DNA of 64,000 bases from an uncultured Desulfuromonas sp. (GCF_963678835.2 NZ_CAXXCH010000002.1:98690-162689), one strand, 5' to 3'; positions 30,501 through 37,960 are shown, counted from the stretch's first letter. Numbers and translations are program-made. The notes: a model not told the origin generated them from the letters alone.

Positions 30501-32252
30501 GCCTTTGGTGAGAATGGTCAACTAGTATCCAGCGGATTTGATGGGACGATTCGGTTGTGGAATGTGAGCAAAGGAACGTCTTCCAATGTTCTCAAGGGGC
30601 ATGATGGTGGGGTTAACAGTGTAGCCTTTGGAGGTGATGGGTCTCTGGTCTCCTGCGGGGATGATGGAACGATACGGTTATGGGATATCGACAGAGGGGT
30701 CTGCCGACAAATTTTAAATGGTCACGATGGTGGGGTTAACAGGATACTCTTTGGAGGTGATGGGTCTCTGGTCTCCTGTGGATTTGACGGAACTATCCGG
30801 ATGTGGGACGTGTGCAGTGGAGCATGCTGTCAAGTTTTTAGAGGTCATGATGGTGAGGTCACTAGCATAGCCTTAGAAAATGACTATTTGGTCTCAGGCG
30901 GGGTAGACGGAACAATTAAGCTATGGAGTGTGAGCAGTGGAGTATGCCACAAAGTTTTTGAGGCTCATGATGAATGGGTTTCTGATGTAGCCTTTGGAGA
31001 TGATGGGGTTTTGGCTTCCTGCGGATTTGACGGAACTATCCGGCTGTGGGACATGTGCAGTGGCGTATGCGATCAAGTTCTTAAAGGTCATAATGGTGAG
31101 GTTCACAGTGTGGCTTATAGCGATAGTGGTTTTTTGGTCTCCTGTGGAGAGGATGGAACTGTCCGATTGTGGGATGTAGGCAGTGGTGTGTGTCACCAGG
31201 TTCTCAGAGGCTATGGATGGATGGTTACCAGTGTAGCCTTAAGGGGAGGCCGTTTAGTTACCGCTGGATTGGATGGGACGATTCGACTTTGGGATGTGAA
31301 GAGCGGCACGTGCTTCATGAATCTCAAGGGTCACGGAGTGTTGATTAACAGCGTAGCCTTTGGAGATGATGGGGTCCTGGCTTCTTGCGGATTTGACGGA
31401 ACAGTCCGGCTGTGGGATGTAAGTACTGGAATATGCCGATATATCCTCGATGGTCACGATCAGTGGGTAAATAGTATTGCTTTTGGAGAAGGCGGTCGCT
31501 TGGCCTCTGGTGGCTCAGATGGGACGATACAGTTATGGGATATAGAAAGTGGAGCCTGCCACCAGATTTTTAAGGGGCACGATGGACAGGTTCTTAGCAT
31601 GGCTTTTGGTAAAAATGGGGATCTCGCTTCTGGCGGAGCTGATGGATCGATAAAATTATGGGATGTGGGTGATGGAACATGTCGACGGATCCTTGAAGGA
31701 CATAAAAATGAGATTAACAGTATAGTCTTTTGTGATAATGATGCCTTAGCTTCTTGCGGAATAGATGGAGCGATTTTTTTATGGAATGTAGATAGTGGGG
31801 CATGCCGCCAAATTTTTAAGGAAAATGATAGCTGGCAAAACAGCTTGGCCTTTGATAAGAGGGGCCGACTGGCTTCCGCCGGGGCCGATGGGACAGTTCG
31901 ATTATGGGATGTGGAGAGCGGAGCATGCCTTAAAATTCTAAAGGGTCATCATGGGTGGGGTTCTGATGTAGCCTTTGGAGAAGGGGAAACTCTGGTTTCC
32001 AGCGGAGTAGACGGGGTTGTTCGGCTGTGGGATGTTGCGACAGAGACCGAGAAACTGATCCTTGCTTTTTTTGATAAGCACTCTTGGGCCGCTATTGATC
32101 CTGTTACTGAAAATATTTTGCAAGTTTATGGAGACTTTTGGCGTTATCTTTCTTGGAACGTTCCTTATTTAGAAACATCGAATATAGAAATCTTACCCAT
32201 AGAAAGTTTCGGCCCTTTGCCCTTAGAGGCAGAAGTCAGAAGTTGTAACTGA
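27534..32252 (+). CDS. STAND/NLR-like protein: unknown N-terminal module - TIR - NACHT NTPase - pentapeptide repeats - 14 WD40 repeats
   Basis: The ORF 27471..32252 is trimmed to the ATG at 27534, 5 nt after GGAGG. TIR block: RYFVSYAHKD...GLLLVSNSFLASRFITEQELPHF. NACHT block: Walker A GSLGMGKTS, Walker B IAIWDGIDEV, then FSCRTHYF. About 15 A(D/N)LXX-type pentapeptides follow. Then come 14 units ending in DGT(I/V)RLWD. The whole gene is AT-richer than its neighbours. Confidence 0.9.
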   Translation: MKKEALSSRAIARNIPLILDELGKADRARITAVSELFKDAKEVNLGQLLQELFPDQHSRETALTALRQFRKRLSDAAEEAGIRFKLEVDSLKKNSPDERTCWFIGESGAEQAISRLVEGETALVDRSSQGAYEIRDDKIVIRYFVSYAHKDKKLKQDFCERLSDQLNVSSNYYFEQWNDELLLVGDDWKDEIAKAIENCHFGLLLVSNSFLASRFITEQELPHFVPNKLDRPEPGKRAIPVALSKVLLDGSVDLKGLQTYQIFHDQEGKPFSQRRGEKKDQFINELFQQIVSVISTRLVVPERKSYNYKRSEEFERCFCQAIDERSLDCYIDSTGCMSSLDKLREEVDPEEFDQRIDAVTQLLNWSESSDSPAYFALLGSLGMGKTSTCLEFAKRLLHHRKKKPELPLPIYFDLRLLGEKAKQEPDLSTIIETVLRKSWRGGLEPTDFSAAEIIDLVQLQGAIAIWDGIDEVLVHLTPAGGQSFIRELLRLLPPSVIQKNSTHGKMLFSCRTHYFRTLREQKNFFLGEEREGMKVEDYRALILLPFSEEQILQYLEEHVPDREPEELLDIIQSIHNLSEMAERPYTLRLIADQISHLEQLKLQGVTVTGVTLYRHMVESWLERDIGKHQLTPHHKQLLMEFLAAELWTQGRRDWEIDDLEQWLIDFFESHPSIAAHYHGKNRELIKEDLRTATFLVREGEKTFRFAHSSLLEFFLACYLYRALCENQIERWDIEVVSPETIDFLGQLLLESNQRKKEIALKSMSAIARMPLALKAKKLVLSYFLKSYGTSYPKASLMGGVFDKIDLSGVNIEGRAEQKINFRSTSWRDSNLTQARFRHVDFGSAIFSGSDLVRTEFIDCDMVRNDFNHCELVGTVFRKCDLTASCLDDIRSYRCKFLYCRMDQMEALNLSPPSIFTVPIANQRVEKVFQQKNKRLLIAGGQIGSITTFCFIKSTFLASGGLDGTIRLWDLRSGECLQLFEGHEGEVSSVAFGENGQLVSSGFDGTIRLWNVSKGTSSNVLKGHDGGVNSVAFGGDGSLVSCGDDGTIRLWDIDRGVCRQILNGHDGGVNRILFGGDGSLVSCGFDGTIRMWDVCSGACCQVFRGHDGEVTSIALENDYLVSGGVDGTIKLWSVSSGVCHKVFEAHDEWVSDVAFGDDGVLASCGFDGTIRLWDMCSGVCDQVLKGHNGEVHSVAYSDSGFLVSCGEDGTVRLWDVGSGVCHQVLRGYGWMVTSVALRGGRLVTAGLDGTIRLWDVKSGTCFMNLKGHGVLINSVAFGDDGVLASCGFDGTVRLWDVSTGICRYILDGHDQWVNSIAFGEGGRLASGGSDGTIQLWDIESGACHQIFKGHDGQVLSMAFGKNGDLASGGADGSIKLWDVGDGTCRRILEGHKNEINSIVFCDNDALASCGIDGAIFLWNVDSGACRQIFKENDSWQNSLAFDKRGRLASAGADGTVRLWDVESGACLKILKGHHGWGSDVAFGEGETLVSSGVDGVVRLWDVATETEKLILAFFDKHSWAAIDPVTENILQVYGDFWRYLSWNVPYLETSNIEILPIESFGPLPLEAEVRSCN
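27948..28410 (+). other. TIR domain segment of the STAND protein
   Basis: IVIRYFVSYAHKDKKLKQDF...WKDEIAKAIENCHFGLLLVSNSFLASRFITEQEL. Candidate catalytic Glu codons are at 28185..28187 and 28191..28193. Confidence 0.8.
28600..29700 (+). other. NACHT-type P-loop NTPase module (approximate limits)
   Basis: The Walker A Lys codon is at 28686..28688 (GMGKTS). The hhhhDGxDE Walker B motif and a downstream SCRTHYF sensor-like motif are present. The helical/winged-helix continuation runs to about FFLACYLYRAL. Confidence 0.75.
29925..30245 (+). repeat. Pentapeptide-repeat region (about 15 units) inside the STAND protein
   Basis: SNLTQ ARFRH VDFGS AIFSG SDLVR TEFID CDMVR NDFNH CELVG TVFRK CDLTA SCLDD. 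The 5-residue periodicity has the central hydrophobic F/L typical of quadrilateral beta-helices. Confidence 0.75.
30361..32100 (+). repeat. 14 tandem WD40 units (123-126 nt period), enough for two 7-bladed propellers
   Basis: Counted by hand: 14 occurrences of the (D/G)G(T/S/A/V)(I/V)(R/K/Q/F)(L/M)W(D/N/S) blade end. Several stretches of DNA are near-identical between units, for example 30603..30658 vs 30726..30781, and 30987..31051 vs 31353..31417. Confidence 0.9.
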
Positions 32253-32280
32253 CATGATTGCTTAATTGGGAGGAATATCC

Positions 32281-33804
32281 ATGTCAAAACCGGTCAGCAT
32301 GGGACTGAGCAAATCACTGCTGCTTAAGGGGTTTCAATGCCCGAAAGCATTGTGGCTTACCAAGCGGCCACCGGAGTTCGTGCTGCCCGAGCGCCCCGAT
32401 CTCGAAGCCAAGTTTCGCGCAGGCACCGAAGTGGGTATCCTTGCCCAACAGCTTTATCCCGGCGGGGTCGAAGTGCCTTATGAAGGGCTGACCGTTCCGG
32501 CCCAGCTGGCCAAGACCAAAGAACTGATCGAGCAGGGGGCGGACGTCATTTACGAGGCGTCGTTTTCGTTTTCCGCCATCTTTGTCAAGGTCGACCTGCT
32601 GGTGCGTGACGGCGATCAGTGGCAGATTCATGAAGTGAAAATGGGCACCTCGGTTAAGGATGTCAATCTCGACGATGTGGCGATCCAGCACTATGTGTTG
32701 AATGGCTGCGGGCTGTCGATTTCCAAATCCTTCCTCGTCCATATCGACAACAGCTACGTGCGTCACGGTGAGATTGACGTGCAGCAGCTGTTTTGCAGCG
32801 AAGAGGTCACCACCCAAGTCAAGGTGCGTCTGCAGCACATTCCCGACGGCGTGCGCGAGCTGCGCGAAACCCTGCGCCAGCTCAACGAGCCGGACCTCGA
32901 CATCGGCCCGCACTGTACCGATCCGTTTGAGTGTGATTTCATCCCCTACTGCTGGCAGCACATTCCACCCAACTCGGTGTTCGATCTGCGCGGGCGCGGC
33001 ATCAACACGTTTGACCTCTACCGGCGCGGCGTGGTGACCTTTGACGAGATTCCCCTCGACGAACTCAATGCCAAGCAGCGCCAGCAGGTGGAAGCGACGT
33101 TACACCAGCAGGACACAATTCATGCCGAGGGCGTGCAGGCGTTTCTCGACACCCTGTGGTATCCGCTCTATCACCTCGATTTTGAAACCTTCAGCACGCC
33201 GATCCCCAAATTTGATGGCACCCGTCCCTATCAGCAGGTGTCGTTTCAATATTCCATCCACGCCCAACAGTCTACCGGGGCTGAAGCACAGCATTTTGAC
33301 TATCTGGCCCCGCCCAACATTGACCCGCGTCGCGAACTGGTCGAGCAGCTGCTGGCGGTGATCCCGGCAGAGGCGTGCATCCTTACCTACAACCAGAGTT
33401 TCGAAAAGGGGGTGTTGCGTGAGCTGGCCAACCTGTTTCCCGATCTGGCCGACGCCCTCCACCAGCGCATTGACAACATCCGCGACCTGATGGAGCCGTT
33501 TCGCAAGCGCGACCTGTACCGTTGGCAGATGCAGGGCTCCTACTCCATCAAGGAGGTGTTGCCCGCCATGGTGCCGGAGCTGAATTACCAGGAGCTGACC
33601 ATTGCCGACGGCTCAGCCGCCATGCAGGCCTATCACACCATGTGCGCCATGGAGCCGAGTGAAGAGCTGGACCAGCTGCGCCGCGACCTGCTGCGTTACT
33701 GTGAGATGGACACCTGGGCCATGGTCAAGGTGCTGGAGGCGTTGATTGAGGTGTCTGTTCCCCACGGAGACACGGAGGCACGGAGAAGTTCAAAACCAGA
33801 CTAA
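32281..33804 (+). CDS. DUF2779-like protein: N-terminal Cas4/RecB-like PD-(D/E)XK nuclease with 4-Cys cluster, plus a C-terminal exonuclease-like half
   Basis: Trimmed to the ATG at 32281, which follows GGGAGGAA. The N-terminus is SKSLLLKGFQCPKALWL. The distal Cys triad is HCTDPFECDFIPYCW (one early Cys plus C-x5-C-x5-C). The block YHLDFETF is consistent with a DEDD/RNase-H-like exonuclease start. The family name is from memory. Confidence 0.7.
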   Translation: MSKPVSMGLSKSLLLKGFQCPKALWLTKRPPEFVLPERPDLEAKFRAGTEVGILAQQLYPGGVEVPYEGLTVPAQLAKTKELIEQGADVIYEASFSFSAIFVKVDLLVRDGDQWQIHEVKMGTSVKDVNLDDVAIQHYVLNGCGLSISKSFLVHIDNSYVRHGEIDVQQLFCSEEVTTQVKVRLQHIPDGVRELRETLRQLNEPDLDIGPHCTDPFECDFIPYCWQHIPPNSVFDLRGRGINTFDLYRRGVVTFDEIPLDELNAKQRQQVEATLHQQDTIHAEGVQAFLDTLWYPLYHLDFETFSTPIPKFDGTRPYQQVSFQYSIHAQQSTGAEAQHFDYLAPPNIDPRRELVEQLLAVIPAEACILTYNQSFEKGVLRELANLFPDLADALHQRIDNIRDLMEPFRKRDLYRWQMQGSYSIKEVLPAMVPELNYQELTIADGSAAMQAYHTMCAMEPSEELDQLRRDLLRYCEMDTWAMVKVLEALIEVSVPHGDTEARRSSKPD

Positions 33805-33819
33805 AAAGAGATACCGGAC

Positions 33820-33970
33820 CAGTGCTCGGACACACTCCATTTTGTCATCGAAAAGAGCATCTGTAGGAGCGAATTTATTCGCGAATTGTTCTGGTCATTG
33901 ATCCTTATCATGATGGGAATTCGCGGCTGAAGCCGCTCCTACAATGTACAATTTTAAATATGCTGACGTA
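33820..33970 (+). repeat. REP-like 150-nt extragenic element, copy B
   Basis: It aligns with 19221..19370, sharing the identical core CTGTAGGAGCGAATTTATTCGCGAATTGTTCTGG and GATGGGAATTCGCGGCTGAAGCCGCTCCTA. The antisense ORF 33908..34105 is just its translation. Confidence 0.85.
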
Positions 33971-34233
33971 CGAGCAGGATGTTGAAAAAGTCCCGTCCGG
34001 GGATTTTTCAACGACGCAAGCCGAAAATGCAATTTCTGTCTTGCTCACAAAATCAAGGACTTGAAAACCTTTCCTTGACTTTGATCGCCCGTCCATGGGC
34101 TCCACAATCTGTTTTACAACAGCCTGCTAGAAGAGTTTCAGAAGTTTTTAGCTTTAAGGTTTTCCTCCGTGTCTCAGTATCTCGTGGTAGAAAAGGCTTT
34201 CAATAAAAACAATCCCATCATAATGGACTCCTG

Positions 34234-35481
34234 ATGCGTTTTATTCATACTTCTGACATTCACCTCGGCAAAACCTACCGCAATGCACCTGGCGAAACCG
34301 AGCGTTACGATGACTTTTTCACCTGTCTGGCCCAGATCGTTGCCGATGCCGTGACCGAACAGGTTGATGCGCTGCTGATCGGCGGCGATCTGTTTCATGT
34401 CGGCCAGATTTTGCCCAAGACCTTTGCCAAAACCATTGAAACCCTGCAGCCGCTCAAAGATGCTGGCATCCCTTGCATTGCCATTGAGGGCAACCACGAC
34501 TGGATTCACCGCCGTGACAGTATTTCGTGGATGGAGGCGCTGTCGCAGATGGGCTATATCAAGCTGCTGCGTCCGGCACGCACCGACGAGGGCGGCTATC
34601 ACTTTGCGACCTTTGACGAGGAAGCCGGTATGGGCGGCCACGTCAAAATCGGTGATGTGAATATCTACGGCCTCGGTTATATCGGTGCCCAGGCGGGCAG
34701 CCATGTTGAGCGGATTTGTCAGGCCGTAACCACGGACAACAACCTGTTGTTGTTCCATGTCGGTATCTGGAGTTATTCGCCGGTGGAGATCGGCAACATG
34801 AAGCCGGACGAAGCCCATCCGCTGGCGGAGACATTCAGCTACGTGGCACTGGGCCATGGCCATAAACCCTACGTGGTGAAAACGCCCGACGGCACGCCCT
34901 ATGCCTACAATCCCGGCTCGCCGGAACGGGTCAATTTCGGTGAAGAAACGTATGACAAAGGCTATTACTTCGTCAGTATTGAGGATGGCCATGTCTCGGT
35001 AGAGTTCAAAACCACCATGCCACGGCCGATGATGGTGGCGACCATTGATCTGGGCGGTGCCCCGCATGCTGATGAGGCCATGGATTCCTTTGCTCGTCAG
35101 GTGCAGGAACTTGTCGCTGAGAAGACGGATAACCGCCGCCCATTGCTGGAACTGAAGCTGGTTGGCAAGGTGGGCTTCCATCCGTTTGAATTGGGCCGCG
35201 AGCGGTTGCGTGCCGCCCTCGACGACATCGCCCAGCCTTTGCATGTCGAAATCAAAAATCATCTATCGCTGGTCACCCGCGCCAAAGACAACGCTACCGC
35301 CAAGAAGAGCCTGAGCGAGATTGAGCAGGATGTGTTGCATGAGCTGGTGGGCGCGTCGAGTGACTATCAAGGCCGCGAAGAGGAACTGGTAAAGCTGTCT
35401 TTGCTGTTGCGCGATGCCGTGCAGAAGGGCGATGTCGATGGCGATGAGCTGTTGGCGTTGCTCGATGGGGAGGGAGCGTAA
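34234..35481 (+). CDS. sbcD: SbcD/Mre11-family metallophosphoesterase nuclease
   Basis: 415 aa. Phosphoesterase motifs occur in order: TSDIHLG, GGDLFH, GNHD, and further His motifs. It sits directly upstream of an SMC-like ATPase with a 1-nt gap. Confidence 0.85.
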   Translation: MRFIHTSDIHLGKTYRNAPGETERYDDFFTCLAQIVADAVTEQVDALLIGGDLFHVGQILPKTFAKTIETLQPLKDAGIPCIAIEGNHDWIHRRDSISWMEALSQMGYIKLLRPARTDEGGYHFATFDEEAGMGGHVKIGDVNIYGLGYIGAQAGSHVERICQAVTTDNNLLLFHVGIWSYSPVEIGNMKPDEAHPLAETFSYVALGHGHKPYVVKTPDGTPYAYNPGSPERVNFGEETYDKGYYFVSIEDGHVSVEFKTTMPRPMMVATIDLGGAPHADEAMDSFARQVQELVAEKTDNRRPLLELKLVGKVGFHPFELGRERLRAALDDIAQPLHVEIKNHLSLVTRAKDNATAKKSLSEIEQDVLHELVGASSDYQGREEELVKLSLLLRDAVQKGDVDGDELLALLDGEGA

Positions 35482-35482
35482 C

Positions 35483-37960
35483 ATGCAAATTCTTTCCATC
35501 CATCTGAAAAACATCAAATCCCACCGCGATACCACGCTGAACTTTGCGCTTGGCATCAATGTGTTGTCCGGCCCCAACGGTGTCGGCAAGAGTACCGTGT
35601 TTGAAGCAATCGGCTATGCATTGTTCGGCGTGGATGCTCAGAGCTTTGTCGGCAAGGTGGATCGGTTTGTCTCCATTGGTGCCAAACGTGGCGAGATTGG
35701 TGTCACCTTTATGGTGGGCGAGGAGAATTATCAGGTCAGCCGCACCGTGGGTACGCCGAGCAAGTGGCTGTTGGCCAAGGAGGTCGGCGGTGATTTCGAG
35801 GTGGAGGAGCACAAGGACATCAAGGAAACCGAGGCACGGCTCAAAGAATTGCTCGGGCTGGACAACGGTCGCTCCCTGGCGGAGCAGTTTGAGTTGGTGA
35901 TCGGTCCGTTTCAGAATGAATTCCTCGGCCCGTTCGTTGAAAAGCGGCCGACAACACGGCGCAACAAGTTTGACGAGATTCTCGGCATTGACTCATGGCG
36001 TAAGACGTTCAGCGAGACCAATGCCTTGCAAAAAGCGATCAAAAATAAGGTCGAGGTGTTGGAAGGGGCCATCGGACCGCTCAAGGATCAGGTGGCACTG
36101 TTGCCGGAAAAACGGGGTGCGCATAAAGCCGCCAAGCAGGATCACGCGACAACGGCCAAAGAGCTGACCGATAAACAGCAGAAACTCCAGCAGCTTCTGG
36201 AACAGCTCAAGGCCTTTGATGATCGTGAACAGGCCCTGCGTCAGGTGACGGTCGAGGTGGAAAAACTCGCCGAGCGCATTGACAACGGCCATGAAAAAAT
36301 TACCCGGCAAAAGATCTTGATCGTTGAGGCGGAGAAGTCACGCCAGCTTGTTGCCGACAACGCGGCCGGAAAGCAGGCTTATGAACAGGCGGAGCAGCGT
36401 TTGACCGGGTTGCGCGAACAACAGAAGCAACAACGGCGTCTTGAGCAGGAGCTGGCCGCCTTGACCAATCAGAGTTCCGCGTTGACCGCCAGTATTGAGA
36501 CGGAGACCAAAGGGATTGCCGTGGCCCGTCAGGAGCTGGTTGCAGAACGGGAGGCGCTGAAACAGAAATCTGCGCTGCTGAATATTGCCGAGACGGTGCA
36601 GCAACGAGCCGAGCAGTTGCCGCAGTTGCGTGAGACCATCAAGCAACAGCGCGACCAGTTGGGTCGTCTGGATGGTCGTCGCTTTGGTTTGGAAGAGGGC
36701 CGTGACAAGCTCGGTGAAGGGGTGTGCCCGTTTTTTCAGGAAAAATGCCTGAACCTCGCCGAAAGTCCGTCCGCAGATGTGTTTTCCGTCAAGCTGGATG
36801 AGCTGGCAGGGGCGCGCAGCCGCGTGCAGGAAGAGTTGCTTGATCTGGAGCGGCAAGAAGCTGAAGCGGTGAAGGCCCATGAGCAGATCCAGGCGCTTGT
36901 GGTGCAGCGGAAGGCCGTGGAGGAACAGGTGGGACAGCTGGAAGGCCGTGGTAAAGAGCTTGATCGTCGTGAGTCTGCTCTGTCTAGCACACAAAAAGAG
37001 CTTGAATTGTTGCGTCAACGTCTGGCCGCCAAACAGGAAGAACTGGCGACCTTTACCTCGCTCACTGCGGAGATTGAAACGGCTGAAGCCGCTGTGAAGC
37101 TTCATCAGCAGGCACGTGATCTTTACGTGGCCCATCAGGGGCAGGCGGCTAAGCTGGAAGGGTTGCAGCTGGAGTTGGCTAAATTTGAGGCGTTTCTAAA
37201 ACAGCTTCAGGGTGAACTGGCGACGAAACAGCAGGAACAGAAGACTCTCGCCGAACACTATGATGCTAAAGCGCACCAGTCCTTGCGTGACGAAAAGGAT
37301 GGCCTTGGTCGTGACGTCGGTTCGCTGGGGACGAAGTTGCAAAGCCTGGCGCAGGACATGACGCGGTTGGCCGCTGAAATCGACGCCTTGAAGGCCATCG
37401 AACACGAGATTATGGCCAAACAGGCCCAAATCAAAGCCTATGGCGAGAAAGAAGAACTGGTCAAATTTCTGCGCAACAGGGTGTTCAACAAAGTGTCGGC
37501 GTCCTTATCGGAGCGCTTTCGTGAAGAGATCAGCCAGCGAGCCAATCAAATTTACCGCATCATTGCCGAGGTCGATGAGGAACTGGCCTGGGGTGACAAC
37601 TACCAGATCGTGCTGCGTGACATGGTCGATGGCGAACTGCGCGAGCGCGCTGATGATCAGCTCTCCGGTGGCCAGACCATGAGTGCGGTGGTCGCCCTGC
37701 GCTTGGCGATGTTGCAGACCATTGGCGCACGCATTGCCTTTTTTGACGAGCCGACCTCCAATCTGGATGCCGCCCGCCGCGAAAACCTGGCCCATGCTTT
37801 TCGTGCCATCGATGTCGGCAAGGAAGAGGTGACGGAGCACTGGTACGACCAGCTGTTTCTCATCAGCCACGATGTGGCATTCACTGAAGTGACCGACCAG
37901 ATGATCGACTTGGATCGCATGGATTCATGCCAAGAAGAAGACGTGTCATGCCGTACGTGA
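35483..37960 (+). CDS. sbcC: SbcC/Rad50-family ATPase, compact (about 825 aa), with C-x6-C in place of a CXXC hook
   Basis: Trimmed to the ATG at 35483. Walker A is GPNGVGKST. A long Gln/Glu/Leu coiled coil follows. The central VCPFFQEKC lies at 36725..36748. The signature motif is LSGGQ and Walker B is IAFFDEP. Confidence 0.85.
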   Translation: MQILSIHLKNIKSHRDTTLNFALGINVLSGPNGVGKSTVFEAIGYALFGVDAQSFVGKVDRFVSIGAKRGEIGVTFMVGEENYQVSRTVGTPSKWLLAKEVGGDFEVEEHKDIKETEARLKELLGLDNGRSLAEQFELVIGPFQNEFLGPFVEKRPTTRRNKFDEILGIDSWRKTFSETNALQKAIKNKVEVLEGAIGPLKDQVALLPEKRGAHKAAKQDHATTAKELTDKQQKLQQLLEQLKAFDDREQALRQVTVEVEKLAERIDNGHEKITRQKILIVEAEKSRQLVADNAAGKQAYEQAEQRLTGLREQQKQQRRLEQELAALTNQSSALTASIETETKGIAVARQELVAEREALKQKSALLNIAETVQQRAEQLPQLRETIKQQRDQLGRLDGRRFGLEEGRDKLGEGVCPFFQEKCLNLAESPSADVFSVKLDELAGARSRVQEELLDLERQEAEAVKAHEQIQALVVQRKAVEEQVGQLEGRGKELDRRESALSSTQKELELLRQRLAAKQEELATFTSLTAEIETAEAAVKLHQQARDLYVAHQGQAAKLEGLQLELAKFEAFLKQLQGELATKQQEQKTLAEHYDAKAHQSLRDEKDGLGRDVGSLGTKLQSLAQDMTRLAAEIDALKAIEHEIMAKQAQIKAYGEKEELVKFLRNRVFNKVSASLSERFREEISQRANQIYRIIAEVDEELAWGDNYQIVLRDMVDGELRERADDQLSGGQTMSAVVALRLAMLQTIGARIAFFDEPTSNLDAARRENLAHAFRAIDVGKEEVTEHWYDQLFLISHDVAFTEVTDQMIDLDRMDSCQEEDVSCRT

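Noticed and set aside
30361-32100. A regular ~123-126-nt periodic repeat that could superficially suggest a CRISPR-like or satellite array.
   Set aside because: The repeats are in frame within one long ORF and encode canonical WD40 blades. There is no short conserved repeat / unique spacer organisation. No CRISPR array was seen anywhere in the window, and the 70-bp repeats at 19589..19798 have no spacers either.
33908-34105. 65-aa ORF (…CRSGFSREFPS) and its counterpart 19358..19552.
   Set aside because: Both are simply translations of the REP-like element and flanking non-coding DNA. There is no start context and no conservation beyond the repeat itself.
36725-36748. Calling the SbcCD-like pair a defence system outright (for example Lamassu- or Gabija-like).
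   Set aside because: The pair has the ordinary SbcD-SbcC gene order and motifs, and host-like composition. Without knowing whether another sbcCD exists in the genome, the housekeeping explanation is at least as likely. It is reported only as context with an unusual hook.
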